From: Isurus oxyrinchus
Taxonomy: Eukaryota
Reading direction: 5' to 3'
DNA: 64,000 nt
Assembly (NCBI GenBank): GCA_026770705.1
Contig: JANJGN010000038.1
Span: 2,542,001 to 2,606,000, forward strand
Shown piece by piece: positions 40,780-55,172 of this stretch. The notes beneath the pieces were generated by a model, which ran no database searches, was not told the DNA's origin, and saw only the letters and a program-made list of their open reading frames with translations. A program made the position numbers and the translations under genes. Numbering within the stretch: the stretch's first letter is position 1; each line of letters starts with the position of its first letter.

Positions 40780-41289
40780 GTAAGAGACACAACCGGAGGA
40801 AGTTCAAGGCCATTCTTGGTGTCAATCTCTTCCAAGCCAAGAAATATTTTGGAATGATTAAACGTCAGAGATTGTGTCCCATTTGCCAACTTGCCCATTT
40901 GTGTTTCCTTCCAAAGGAAACAAGAACACACTAAAGAAATCCTTTCATTTATAAAGCGCCCTCCCCAGCATCAGATTCTCCCAAACCACTTAGCAGCCAA
41001 TGAATGACGGTGGAAATGTGCTCATTGTGGTAAAGTAGAATATTCAGCAGCGATTTGCTGCACAACAGTCACCAAGACCCTGGGACATGATGCTGACAGG
41101 ATTTATTTATTTATTTTTTGATTTCATTCTGTTTGTTCAGGTGCACATGTTGTCCAGGAAATAGACACACTTCAGCTCAGCATTTCGAACGTTTTCTTTT
41201 CATTTTTATTTCAAATTTCCAGCAATATTTGGCTTCTAGAACTAAAGAATATTATTGGATTTGCTGTTGGGGAGAGTTAAACTAACTCA

Positions 41290-43315
41290 GGAGGAGCGTG
41301 GGAACAACGAGAGAATTTCAGCATGTAATAGCATGGATTCTGGGAGAGGCAGCTAACTCTAAAAGAGGGAATAGTCAGTTAATAGGCGGAGTCAGGATAA
41401 GGGAGCAAACAATGAATTCTAAATTAGCGTTGCACTGCATGTATGTGCATGCATGGAAAATAGTTAATAAAATTTGGGAGTTACAGGCACAGATTGCCTT
41501 TTGGGATTATTATGATAGGGTGATAACGGAGACCTAATTTAAGGAAGGACAGAATTGGGTGATAATTAGTTCTAGTTACAAGATGTTCATAAAAGACAGG
41601 AAAGGACACAAACTGGAGGCGGGGTCGTGGTGGCGTTTTTGTTTAAGGAGAGTATTTCAGTACTGGCGAAAAATAATGTGTCAGGCGATTCAAGGACAGA
41701 ACCAATTTGGCTGGAGCAAAGGAATAAGAATGGTGCAATTACATTGCTGGGTGTAATGTATAGACCGCAATAGCTAGTGGGAAGATGGAGAGGAGCAAGT
41801 AAATAACAGAGAGTTGTAAATATCATCGAGTAGTCATAACGGAGGGGGAAGGGTACATTACCCGAATACATACTGGGATAGTAGTACTGTAAGGGGCAGT
41901 GAGGGAGCAGCATTCCTAGATCATATTCTGGAGAATTTCCGACAGCAGTGTGTGTCCAGTGCAAGGAGAAAGGAGGCACTGCTAGACCTGGTTCTTGGGA
42001 ATGAGGTGGGCCAAGTAAAGAAACTGATAGGAGGGGAGCATTTAGGGGACAGTGATCATTGTATCATCAGGTTTAGGATGACGGTGGAAAATGACATTGA
42101 TCAATCCAGGGTAAGAGCAGCCAACTGGCAGAGAGCAGACTTCAATGGGGCAAGAATGGGGCTGGGCCTGATAGACTGGAACCAAAGGTTGGTGGGAAAA
42201 ACAGTAGCTGAACATTGGGCTAACTTCAAAGAGAAGATGGTTTTGGCACAGTCTAAGTATGTTCCCTCAAAAGAGAAGGGCAGGAGAAACAAGTCCAGAG
42301 CTCCCTGGATGGCAAAGGAGATAGAAATTAAGTTAAGGAAGAAAAAATGTCTTACAACAGGTGTCTGGTAGCAAATACATTTGAGAACCAAGCTTAATTC
42401 AGAAGTTTCAGAAAGGATGTGTAAAAGCAAATACGAGAATCAAAGAGGGATTATGAAAAAAATACTGACAGCTAACATAAAAGGAAACCCCAAGGTATTC
42501 TATAAGCATATCAATCGTAAAAAGGTTGTAAAAGGAGGAATAGACCGATTAGGGATCAAAAAGGGGATTTACACATAGCGGCAAGAGGCATGGCTGAGGT
42601 GTTAAATGAATACTTTGCAGCTGTCTTTACCTACGAGGTAGATGCTGCCCAGGTTATGGTGACAGAGGAGGAAACTCAGTCACTAGAAGGGTTTGAAATT
42701 GCTAAGGATAAGGTATTGCATCAGCTGTCGGCTCTTAAAGTGGATAAGTCTCCGGGACAGGGTGATATTCGTCTAAGAGTATTGAAGGAAGTGAGAGTGG
42801 AATTGCAGAGGCACTGACAATAATCTTTCAGCGTCCCCTGCATTTGGACGAGGTGTTAAAGGACTGGAGAATTGCAAATATTACGCCCCTGTTCAAAAAA
42901 GTTTGTAAAGGTCTTCCCTGCAATTACAGACGATTCAGTTTAACTTCGGTGGTGGGGAAACTTCTAGAAACAATTATTCCGGATGGAATTAATATCATGT
43001 GGGATAATGTAGATTGATTAGGAAGAGTCATCATGGATTTATTAAAGGAAAATCCTGTATAACTAACTTGCTGGAGTTTATTCAAGAGGTAACAGAGATG
43101 GTTAATGAGGGCAAGGCCGTTGATATGGTCTATTTGGATTTCCAAAAGGCTTTCGACACAATGCCACACAACAGACCTGTGAGGAAAGTTATAGATGATG
43201 GACTTAAAGGGACAATAGCTAACTGGATAAATATTTATATATATAAATGATGTAGATCTTGGTTTGCAGGGGGCAATTTAAAGGATTGTGGAGGATGCAA
43301 AACTTGGGAGAATTT
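41290..43315 (+). mobile_element. Decayed CR1 LINE (endonuclease and RT remnants) in the Cmu2-Cmu3 intron
   Basis: Fragments ALLDLVLGNE, EHLGDSDH, APWM, KGNPKVFYKHI, AEVLNEYF, HGFIKGKSCITNLLEF and DMVYLDFQKAFD, with many stops and frameshifts. Confidence 0.9.
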
Positions 43316-44383
43316 GGAGAAAGGTGACGTCACACTGACAAAGCAGGCATTCCTGGGCCTTAACAGTTGATGTTGAAGTTGGTGCCTCCCACAATACAAT
43401 ACTCACCCAGTACTACATTGCTGGTATCAACTACACTTGTGTTCAAACATCTGGAGTGGGGATTGAACCCATGTTCTTTCTGAATCAGAATCCCCCGGTG
43501 TCCAGGATTCCATTAGCTCACAAAACACGGTGACATTTTGTTCAAAAGTTGGACAGTGAGTGGGGAGTCAATGCTTTTAGTTTTACCCGAAATTGATTGT
43601 GGGTAGAATCGGTGTCTGCAGGCCTTTACTGGTAATTGCCCACGACTTCAATTCTGACAATGATGTGCACTTTATTTCTGCTGCTGTTTTCAGACTGGGC
43701 AGCGCTGACAGCAGTTTGCATAGTCTCGGCTGCATTTCTTTGAGTACAATAGCCTAATGAGTGATCGAATTGCAGTGTTTCGGTTAATTAATAAAGTGGG
43801 GAGAAAATGCTTAGTCCTCCAAATTAGAGATAGGAAAATAGTGAGGAAGCCGATTTTGGCAACATTTTCCTCACACTGTGAAATATTATCACTTTCATTT
43901 TCCCCAAGAATTTCTGAGGCTGGGAATCAATTGACATTTCAAAAAAAGAGATTAACTTTTTTTTTTGAAAATGTTATCGCACATGACAGAACGGGGAGGA
44001 TAAATGGGGTTAAGGCACACATTATTCTTACAGAGAGACATAGAGAGCTGAATGGTCTCCTCCTGTGCTGTTAGCATCTATCATTCTCTGATTCCTTGAT
44101 TTCGGGACGAGTGATATTCTGTCTGTAAGACAGATTGTACCTGAATTTATTCACATTGTTGGACCGGCATTTGGTTTAGTCATTCCCACTGGTTCTGGCT
44201 GGAAATACACAGGGAATGTAATGGAGTCTCCCGGAATTATTGCAAGTCATTGACCTTCAAACAATGAAGGCGTTAACAGGGCAGGGGGAGATCAGGTAAA
44301 TATTCCTGTCGTGAGAGTGAAAGCTGAATACCGGATTTCTGATTCTGATGATGTTTTGGTTGACATTCATTTCTGCTTCACAG

Positions 44384-44689
44384 TTTCCGACTGCAACGAC
44401 CCCGTAATTACTCTACAGCCGCCGCCAATAGCACAGGTCTTACTGGAGGCGACAGTGACCTTAACCTGTATCGTGAGTAACGCCCCTTATGGAGTCCTCG
44501 TGTCCTGGACACAAGAACAGAAGCCTTTGAAATCAGAGATTGCTGTCCAGCCGGGCGATGATCCTAACAGCGTGGTCAGCCACCTGAACATCTCAACACA
44601 AGCCTGGCTGAGTGGGGCTGAGTTCTACTGCGTGGTGAGCCATCAGGATCTGCCGACTCCTTTAAGAAATTCCATCCACAAGGAAGAAC
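44384..44689 (+). CDS. IGHM: IgM constant exon Cmu3
   Basis: CACAG acceptor and GTGAG donor. (V)[13 protein letters not shown]...[16 protein letters not shown]...SWTQEQK...[13 protein letters not shown]. Confidence 0.96.
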
Positions 44690-45187
44690 GTGAGTGGTGA
44701 GAATGAATCAATAAGTGAGAGAGTGTGCAAATTCCCAGTGTAAGTTTAAGAACCAATAATGAATGCACAATGTACTAATGAGCAAGTCTGATTGGCAATT
44801 TCACTAACTATAACCCCTTGATCCGTAAATGATGCATTTAAGTAGTAAATTCATATTTAGGTGAATGAACAAGAAACTGTGCTGCAGGGTTTGATTATAT
44901 AATGTGGGAGGAGCTTGGTGTGGAGTTCAGACACCAGTACAGAGCTGTTCGGCTGAATGGCCTGTTACTGTTACTGATGAAACTTTCCAGTCCAATCCCG
45001 CATATTCTCAGAGTGAATGATTGCATGCACATCTGCTCCGATCTAGAAAGCCGGTCAGACCCCAAAGTGGAAAATGGAGATCTTGAAAAGTCAAAACAAA
45101 ACACATTTCTCTCACATCTAACCACTGGTGTCATTGTCCCTGGAATTCTCCAGTTTTTTTTTGACATTTATTGTCAATTTTTTGCAG

Positions 45188-45579
45188 CTAAATATCCGCG
45201 GGAACCGTCCGTCTCTGTCCTCCTGCCCCCGGCTGAAGATGTCTCCGCTCAGAGATTCATCTCCCTCAGCTGCTTAGTGAGAGGTTTCTCCCCCCGAGAG
45301 ATCTTCGTCAAGTGGACCGTCAATGACAAGCCGGTGAATCCGGGGAACTACAAGAACACCAAGGTGATGGCGGAGAACGGCAATAACTCCTTCTTCATGT
45401 ACAGCCTGTTATCCATTGCAGCGGAGGAGTGGGCCAGCGGCGCTTCTTACTCCTGTGTGGTGGGACATGAAGCCATTCCCTTGAAATTCATCAACAGAAC
45501 GGTTGATAAATCCAGCGGTAAACCGAGTTTTGTGAACATTTCCCTTGCACTGATGGACACCGTTAATTCATGTCAATGA
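45188..45579 (+). CDS. IGHM: IgM constant exon Cmu4 plus secretory tailpiece
   Basis: TTGCAG acceptor. [14 protein letters not shown]...[16 protein letters not shown]...[11 protein letters not shown], then the tail [20 protein letters not shown] with an NIS sequon and penultimate Cys. An internal donor G|GTAAA at 45517/45518 serves the membrane form. Confidence 0.97.
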
Positions 45580-45615
45580 GAATCTATCACTTACTTTTCG
45601 AACTTTAGTAGAAAT

Positions 45616-45621
45616 AATAAA
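45616..45621 (+). terminator. Poly(A) signal of the secretory mu mRNA
   Basis: AATAAA 37 bp after the stop, with T-rich sequence downstream. Confidence 0.75.
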
Positions 45622-46559
45622 GGATATTCCTCCAATTGTGAATTAAATACACAGCCACTTAATTAATTATTTTTTTCCAGTTTTGCTAATGTTAAGCCTG
45701 TTTAGTTGATGTCGGGAATTTACAGGTCTCAGACCCGAGTCTTGTGCAATCCGTGCCCCCAGCTCAGATACACCCTGGGTTAGAGACAGAATAAAGCTCA
45801 TTCATTACAGAATTCTGTAAAGTTACTTCACCAACTTGCCCCTCGCTGAGGTGAATTCTGACCATTTCCCACTAGCACACACAGTAGCAGCATTTAGATC
45901 CCATTGTTCCTGCTTCACTTTTCGTCCATCCATTCAAACTTCTACCAGCCGGATGTTGCCACATCGCACCCACTGGGAACTGAAGTGAGGGTCACAAGGG
46001 AAGGTGAAATCTATCTCGACTTAGCCAGCATAGAAATGGGGGAGGGCATTAGTTAACGCAATGCACCTGCACATCCCAACACAGATAACCGGAGTGGAAA
46101 TTGTTTAGCCAACGAGAGAGAGTGGAGAGGGGAACATTAACTCACTAACCTCCCAATCCCAGTCACAGAGGGTTTAGAAGTGAACAGCTGTCTATGATAT
46201 GAGTTCAGATACAAGGCGGCTTCTAGCTTCCTGCACTCAGATTGTAATCTTCAATCATGGCAAACATATCATGGCAAATCATGGCAAAGTGATGTTTTGA
46301 AATGATTTTCAATCTCTTGTTCTTGTAAATCACAAGTTGCCAATGATTTTTCATAATCCAAATCTGAACTGCTGTTTCCATCCTTCCTGTTTTTCCGGTA
46401 ATGTTTCTAATGTTTCTGGGGAACCTCTGTTTAATTGTTGCATTCTATCGCTTGATGTCACATTGAACCCCAAAGAAAACACATTCATACATAGAATGGC
46501 GATTGTGTTCTCCATCGATCATACCTTCACTGTCAGGCCACGTTATTGATGTTCAGTGA

Positions 46560-46804
46560 TACAAGAAACAACATAATACACACACACACTGACATAAGCT
46601 CATAAACACACACACACACACACGGACTCACATGCACACACAGAAGCACACACAAGCACGCGCACATACTCACACACACATTGACAGAAACAATGCAAGT
46701 GCACGAGTACATAACAATACACACATAAACACACACATGCACACATACACACAGGCAAAGACAGACAGACACACACCCTGGCACAAGATCACACGCACAC
46801 ACAG

Positions 46805-46835
<31 letters not shown>

Positions 46836-48011
46836 CATATACACACACATATACACATACAGACAAAGACAGGCTCACACACACCCTGGCACAAGATTAC
46901 CTACACACATGCACACTCACACACACAAAACAAAGACACACACACAATCTGACACCAGATCTCTCTCTTTCTCTCTCTCACAGACAAATGCACACAGCGA
47001 CACAGAGATACAAACACATGCATACACAACCAGTGATAGGAAAATGCACACACAATAGTACGTAAAACATACACACATACACACACCCAAACACCCACAC
47101 ATACACACACACAGACAAAGACACTGTCACACACACCCTGGCAAAAGATCACAAACGGACTCACACACACACAACAAAGGCACACACCCCATCTGAAACC
47201 AGATCTCTCTCTCCGTCTCTCACAGACAAACACACACAGTGACACACACATGCACTGAAACCAAATTGCATACAAACACGTACACAAAGGCAGGCACACA
47301 CACACAAACATGAACAAGCACACACATCCACATGAACACACACATACACACACACACGCACACACACACACTCCCGCGTGCACTGGATCATGCTCACATG
47401 CTCGAACAAATCAACACAGAAGACATACACACATGCAGACAAAAACACGCAGACAGACACACACACACACATACACACACACACACACATACATAAACAG
47501 GCAAACACATCCACACACAAACACGCACACGCAACATTGGATCATGCCCGAACACATAAACAAAGGCTGACATAAACACAGTGAGAGAAAAGCACACGGA
47601 CAGGCACAGATGCACATATAAGCACACACACACATACGTAAACAAGCACACACATCCCCACACACACACTAACATCCACACACACACACAAACGCACACA
47701 GGCTTTGACACAGACATGCACACACAGACGCACTTACAGACACACAAACACATGCATATATGAACACACATACAGTTATGCACAGATATACACACATTCG
47801 GGCACACATGCAGGCAGACAGATGCACACACACTAACACATCCACTGGATCATACACATATGCCCGAACAGATAAACACAGACTGGCATTGACACAGACA
47901 GACAAAATTACACAGACAGACACAGAGGCACACACGCATGCATGCACATACACAGACACACACACAAACATACAAACATACATAAACAAGCACACACATT
48001 GACGCACACAC

Positions 48012-48054
<43 letters not shown>

Positions 48055-48854
48055 AACGCACTCTGATAGACACACACAAACACAGGCATGCGCACACACA
48101 CACACTCACACATGCATAAACGAGCATACATACAGACATACACCGACATCCACACATTCGTGCACACACTCAGGCAGATAGACACACACACCCACCCACT
48201 GGATCATGCACACTTGCCCGATCACATAAACACAGACTGACATTGACACAGACAGACAAAAGCACGCACCCAGACACAGAGGCATCACACACACACACAA
48301 AAGCATATGTAAACAAGCACACACATCGCCATACACACACACACATTCACACACACACACATTCACACACACACATTCACGCACACACACATACACAAAC
48401 ACACACACATTTGGATAGATACAAACCCACAGACATTGAAGCAGACATGCACACACACATGCACTTACAGACACACACACATACACACACACACACACAC
48501 ACATGCATACATGAGATCGCATACAGGCAAAACAGAGGTACACACATTCGAGCACACAAGCAGACAGGCAGACAGAGACACACAGAAGCACACATACATC
48601 ATAAAGAGAAACACACACTCACACACATCCAGACACAAGATCACACACACACATACGCAAACACACACACAATCACAGAGGCATATACACAAACTCGCAC
48701 ACACATATTCACACAAACACACACACACACAAACACATGGACGCATACACACAAAAACAAATTGAGTCACACGATCAAAACACACAAACACACATGTAAA
48801 CGCACACCCACACACTGATAAAATACACACACAAACACACACACAGGCAGAAGA

Positions 48855-48898
<44 letters not shown>

Positions 48899-49188
48899 AA
48901 ACATGCATAGGTACACAGAAACAAACACACAGGTTCATGCGTAGGCACGGGAAAAGTGGCACACGTACACAAACACGTGCAAGCATGCATGGATACATAG
49001 GCAGGCATACATGCACACACACATACACATGCATACACAAGCACAAGCATACATATACACACAAACCAGCACACAGACACATATACACATAGCCACACAC
49101 ACAAGCACACAAGAATGCACATGCAAACACAGACCCACACAATGATAAACATGCACAGGCATACACACACAAACAAACTCACACTCAC

Positions 49189-49244
<56 letters not shown>

Positions 49245-50220
49245 GAGTACACATATACATAGAAAATATGCAGACATGCAACTCACAGGAACACACAACA
49301 CATATGCACAGATGCAACCTCACACTCAGAAATATACACTCACTCTCGACAAACAGACACACAGGCAGACACATTCACGCACAAGCAAGCACCTAAAAAT
49401 GCAGATATCCTCTCACACACATGCACACACAGTCACACACATGCAAACGGTTGTGAGCAAACACACAAACACACATGCATGGATGAACTCAACACACACA
49501 ATTACACATATACACAACCCCATAAACAGGCTCAGACAGGTCCTGTAAGTTTGTACATGAACATGTTCATTACTGTGCTTCAACGAGCACAACAATATAG
49601 AATTAAGGACACACTATCATGCACAATAGTGCACATGCATAGGCATTTGTACACACACATTAAAAATCGACAAACGGGTACACAGACAAATAGATGAACA
49701 GACAGTAACATTTTCACAAACATAGTGCAAGAAACAACGATGAATACATCCACGCACTCACATTAAAACAAACATATATAAACACACGCTTTAGTAAACA
49801 TAGATACGTAAATATACATTAAGACAAAGCTAGAAACATCCAAGAACACATAACGGCACGCCTCAACATACTCACACGCTCGTGGGGGCACAATCATTAA
49901 CATATCAAACATAGAACATAAAAAGGCACAATATCAGATATATTAACAGGCATGGACGTAAATAAACTCCTTAACACAGACATTAATAAGTGGACATAAA
50001 CATCAACGCATACAGACACATTAACAGACTGATACACATTCATTTACAAATGAACAAATATACACACAAAGGCGGGCCACACATAAATAAGCATATCAAC
50101 ACTCATGCCACATGAACACACACATCAACGCTCATACAACAGGGCACACAAACACAGTTAAAGGCAGAGCAAGAGATACTCGTGCACATATACGCAAATA
50201 TTTAAAAAACACAAAGGCAA
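46560..50220. repeat. Cryptic (CA)n-rich low-complexity tract with internal duplicated modules
   Basis: About 3.6 kb of CA-rich sequence. Modules such as CACACACCCTGGCACAAGAT (3x) and TGGATCAT (4x) recur. Confidence 0.95.
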
Positions 50221-50810
50221 ATGCCAGGCTAAAGACGAAAGTATATTTTAAATCTATTTTTTTAAAGGACACATCTTCCAAAAATTTCTAGGAGCACATA
50301 AAGACCCAGGAGACAGGCTGAAGCAATGTTCTTAATCATGAACTGATTTAAGTTAATTATGTGCCAAACATTACCACCACAAATAAACAAACAAGATCAA
50401 AATTCACAAAAGATAGCTAACAGAGTTCAGAGTCTTGGAATTAATAGCTATCAGTACTTATCATTAAAATAATTGTGATCAATTAGCAAACCTCCTGCAA
50501 TTTCCACCATAATATAATCCAGTGATAGGTCGTACTAAATTCATCCAAAATAAACTGGCATCGAAGGAATAAAAACACATTTTCCAGTAGGGGCAGGATG
50601 AGAAATGTAAAGTGAGAGCAGCTGTGGAGTTAGTAACAGACAGAGATTGTTGAGAGTCACTTATTCATTAACAGATATGCATTGAAAACTTAATTACTGA
50701 ACAGATCAAAAGCTTGAGGAAGATACAATAGAATTAATATATTAAAAAAACGGTAAGACACCCTCGATTAATAAGAATACAATTAAAATTTCTCGGTTAT
50801 ATCCCTGTAG

Positions 50811-50938
50811 ATTCCACAGACCGCATCTGGATTGAAGACAATGAGGACGATAACGGGAACATCTGGACAACCGCTTCCACATTCATTGTCCTGTTCTTCC
50901 TGAGCATTTTCTACAGCACTGCCGTCACTCTGGTGAAG
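50811..50938 (+). CDS. IGHM: IgM transmembrane exon TM1
   Basis: TGTAG acceptor and GTGAG donor. (D)STDRIWIEDNEDDNGNIWTTASTFIVLFFLSIFYSTAVTLVK contains the conserved antigen-receptor TM motif. The exon is absent from the ORF track. Confidence 0.97.
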
Positions 50939-51078
50939 GTGAGAAGATCCAATCCACTAACACTACAATCTGACAGAAGCGGTTTGAAAACTTTCTAAAT
51001 ATTTGAACAATTAAAGACTATAACATAAATGCACCAGATCATAAACATCTGCTTCATTATTTTCTCCCTCTTTTACAG

Positions 51079-51087
51079 ATCAAGTGA
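51079..51087 (+). CDS. IGHM: IgM transmembrane exon TM2 (IK*)
   Basis: Polypyrimidine tract and TACAG acceptor, then ATC AAG TGA. Confidence 0.9.
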   Translation: MK

Positions 51088-52574
51088 TCGGTTGAACTTG
51101 GACCCCGTAGCTTTTCCTCAGCTGTTCATTAAATCTCTGTATTTCAATTTAAAATATGTTCTCTTAATGATCCCGAATCTGTGACCGAACCTCTAACAGT
51201 ATTTCTGTGATCCTGTAAGAAATGTGCGAAATGGTAATGGTTGTAATGTAATTGTAGCATCTAATTTCCCTGGAATTAGGATTTCAATTTTAATTAAATA
51301 ACTTCTCTCATTCCTTATTCACTATTGCCCCCTTCCCTTTCCGTTGAGCTGCTGTTTTCTTTTTCTGATCTATGTTCCAGTGGTACATACAGTTTACCAA
51401 CTCAGAGCGCATATGGACTCAGAGCGCATGTGTTCTGTTCCCAACGTGACTTCAGGAATTATATTCACTTCTGTTAACTTTAAAATAAACTTTCCTGTAA
51501 AATATTCTCTCAAATTACTAATAAATCTGGAATGAAAAGTGAACTAACTGTGACTTTGCTGAATTCCTTTCTCCAAGGCCCATCGACACTGCTCCATTTT
51601 CCCTATTGCACATTTCTCTCAGTTTTACCAGTCCTGTCTGGGATCTGTTTCCACCCATCGCCCCATCCGTGTAAGGAGACCTTTACCTCTGTTTCTGGCA
51701 ATTGCCCGAGGCGGAATGAATGAACAGGGAGGGTCACCTCGGCGATTTCACTCTGGACGGTCACAGTCACATGTCTGGCAATTCCAAACTGTAGGGTTCG
51801 GCTTCATCGGAGGCTGATATAGGACAGGAAATTGGAGCATAAAACGCCCTTTACAATGCCCCATCAAACACTCCCACGGTTGGTGCAGCCAGGATCAGGA
51901 ACAGGGTAAAGATCCCTCTGCATTGTTGGATTAAACACTTTGAAGGTGGGGATGCCACAGGCTAGTTTTTGACACAGGCAGAATAAGGAGCACAAACCAA
52001 TGGGTGTATCCAGGGACTGAAGCGTATCTGGCACTGATATATTATTAAGTACAACTCCTGCAAATTATTACAGAGCTTTAGGTCTCTTGGACATACCTGG
52101 GGGGACAAAACTGCGAAAATGCTCAAAGATGGGGTTCAATGTTATGCAGCAAGTAACCATAAACATGAGGCTTGTTCCCAGACTCTGGGGCCGATCGGAT
52201 ACTGAGACACTGGCTTCACATTTTCTGTTAAATACACAAACAGACATAGCCCACACGTCGCCCTGCCCCACCCCTTTCTGTTAAGCATGTACACGTCCTT
52301 ATTCCGGTAAACACACATTGACTCTCCACTTCCACCTTTTCTGTTAAATCCATTAGCCCTGTCATTTTCCCTTATGCTTCGATAATGAATCGTATTCCTG
52401 ATCAGCTCAGTCGTACTGATACTATCTCCCTGAACTCACTGAACATCACCCCAGGGATCCGTTCTCCCTGCTCCATTCCCTCTGATACCAATTTCCTGAA
52501 CTCACTGAACATCACCCCAGGGGTAAACACAGAAAGCGCTGGAAAGCTCCGCAGGTCTGATAGCATCTCCAGTT

Positions 52575-53075
52575 ATCTCCACTTGCCTGGGTGAGCGCGG
52601 TTCCAACAACACATTAGAAGTTCGACACCATCCAGCACAAAGTCGCTCAATTGTTGACAGCTCATCTACCAGCTTCACCATTCACTCCCTCCACCACCGC
52701 CGCACAGTAGCAGCAGTGTGTGCCAATTACTAGATGCACTGCAGGAACTCATCAAGGCTCCTTCGCTAGCACCTTTCACACCCACGACATCTACCATCTA
52801 GAAAGACAAGGGCAACAGATACATGGGAACACCACCACCTGGAATTTCCTTCAAGGGCACTCACCATTTTGACTTGGAAATGTATCGCTGCTCCTTCGCT
52901 GTCGCTGGGTCAAAATTATGGATCTCCCTTCCTAACAGCACTGTGTGTGTACCTGCACTACATGGACTGTAGCGGTTCAAGAAGGCAGCTCACCATCACC
53001 TTCTCAAGGGCAATTACAGATGGGCAGAGAAATGTTGGACTCACCAACGAAGCCCACGTCCCGTGAAATAATAAT
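52575..53075 (+). mobile_element. LINE (CR1/L2 clade) 3' fragment
   Basis: Aligns by eye with 24040-24310, 27600-27880 and 61420-61765 (TGACTTGGAAATAT...GCTGGGTCAAAA...CCTTCCTAACAGCAC...CACCTTCTCAAGGG). Confidence 0.75.
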
Positions 53076-53869
53076 AAATAATTTTCTAACTGATCATTGG
53101 GAATAGAAAAGCCGATTCTTGGAAACAAAATGGACAGCCTGATATCACTTTGTAAACAATAGAAAACAACCCAATAGTTATTAATAAATAGTTGCAGTAT
53201 TAAACTATCTGCAATTAAAATGCAGGAACACTTTGGGATTTAACACATTCACTGAGGGCGGAGATGGGCTGAAGGTTATCACTGAAGTTAATGTAGGGGA
53301 ATTATTCTTTATTCAGTTTTTTATTCAGAAAAGCGTTATTAGAAAATCGGAGATTTAAAGGAATGGGCAATTTCCCAGAGACAGAGAGACAGAGGGAGAG
53401 AGAGAGAGTTCAATAAGTTTCAGTGAGTTAGACTCTGTCTCAGGGAGAGAGATGACAGACATTAAGTAAGTGTGCTGACAAACATGCACATCTTAGCAAA
53501 GAAATGGTCAGTATCACATGAAATTCTAAACAAGAGCACAACAGAATGTATTACAAATAAATATTTACGATATTAGGCGATCTGTAGTTACAGGTTGAAT
53601 AAGAGAAAATAAAAAAAGCTGAAACATTCTGGTGAAGATAAATCTTTTATCTTTGCAGAATGATATAGCATGATTTCATTTAACACAGACACACACAAAA
53701 GGTGATGTCTCATATGTAATTCTGTTGGCTGTAATGCAAATTAATATGAGGAGCTGCTTGGAACAACCAGTCAATGGGAAACCTCTAGTTTTAGGCCAAA
53801 GTGAGAGGCCCATTTCTAACTCAACATCCACTTTATAGAGACATAGACAAGTGAATTAACAACAGAGAC

Positions 53870-55135
53870 AGAGGTTGGTGTGGTAATTACTGAGACAGGG
53901 CCTAGTGCAATTTAAGCAAAGACATTACAGGTGCAGAAATAATCGAGACAGCATCTAATGTTACTTAAGCAAAGATGTGACTGAGTGCACGAATAACAGG
54001 GATGGGGACAAGAGCTATATTAACATGGACAGGGTCTACTGCTATAATAGCGGAGACGGGATTACAGGGCCTGGATCAATATCAAGTGAAATAGGGCAGT
54101 TATTACAGGCACAGGGCCTAGAGTAATTGCTTCCTAGAGAGAGTCTAAGTCGTAATAATGGAGACTGCTGCCAGTGTAAGAGAGACAGGTATGATGTCGT
54201 GGAGTAAAATCAGGGAAAGGGAGAGTGGAATAGAAGCAGAGACAGAGGTACAAAGACAAAGCCTCTGCAAAGACAGGATTCATTTTAATTGAAAAGACAG
54301 ACAAGGTCGTGTGTGATACAGGCTGATACAGAATCTAGTGTAACTTGTTCTGAAATGGTCTAGTGGAATATAAATGCAGACATGATTGAGTGTGTTATAA
54401 GCAGGGCCGCGATTAGTGGAACATAAGTGAGGCAGTGCAGTGTGTAATAATAATTGAGACAGGATCTTGTGTAATACGAACCTGCCTATTGTAGCAATAA
54501 CACAGACGGGATCCAGTATAAGAAAACTGATACACGGTCTAGTGGAGCTTCACATAATCCAGCGCTCTTTGTAATATAATCTGACACAGTGTCTGGTGAA
54601 TTAAATACCTGCAAAGGTATGAGATTAATAAAAACGGGGACATGCACTAGTACAGCAATAAGAGAGTAATGGTATAGGACAATAACAACAGAAACAGGGA
54701 ATTGTGTGATATGAATGGAGGAATGTATTGGTGCAGCATTACCTGAGACAGGGTCCAGTTTGACAGACAGGTGGCAGATTCTACTGGAGTAATAGCTGAG
54801 ACAGAGTCTTGTTAAATGCAAGTAAAAACATGTTCCAATTTTCTATAACCAGAGACAAGCTCTAGTGCAGTGACAACTGGGGCATGGCTTATTGTAACTT
54901 CAACCGAGACCTGCTTCAGTGCAGTCATGACTGAGATAGTGCCAACTGTATTGTGGCCCTAGCCCAGTACATAAACAACTGAGACTGAGCCAATTACAGA
55001 AACAACTGATAGATGACCTTCTCTAATATGATTAGAGACATGTCCTAGTGTAATAGAAATAGAAACGGCGTCTAATTTAATATGAACAGGGACAGTGGCA
55101 AATGCAGTAAAAATTGAGACAGCGCCTGCTTCATG
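53870..55135 (+). repeat. Highly degenerate ~27-bp tandem array related to the 5' satellite
   Basis: Recurrent (TAA)CTGAGACAGGG(T/C)CTAGTG(T/C)AAT motif, e.g. at 53890, 54452, 54742, 54795, 54930 and 55112. Confidence 0.75.
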
Positions 55136-55156
55136 TGATGTGAGCAATCACAGTTA

Positions 55157-55172
55157 CACTGCCATCCACTGG
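55157..55172 (-). promoter_or_regulatory. CTCF-like motif 3' of the Ig cluster
   Basis: The minus strand reads CCAGTGGATGGCAGTG, and its context is homologous to the 28018 motif. Motif match only. Confidence 0.3.

Noticed and set aside
44902-45187. N-terminal extensions of C-exon ORFs (also 44311-44383, and read-through after Cmu1 and Cmu2)
   Set aside because: Intronic read-through; the true exons are defined by splice sites.
46533-49697. Numerous Cys/Val- or His/Thr-rich ORFs
   Set aside because: They are translations of (CA)n/(TG)n low-complexity DNA.
31900-51100. IgM1gj, IgW or IgNAR identity for the whole cluster
   Set aside because: VDDJ is not germline-joined, and four mu-type C exons including Cmu2 are present along with the mu tailpiece and TM exons.
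52416-52522. Two copies of CTGATAC...CCTGAACTCACTGAACATCACCCCAGGG at a 66-bp period
   Set aside because: A simple local duplication with no evidence of function.
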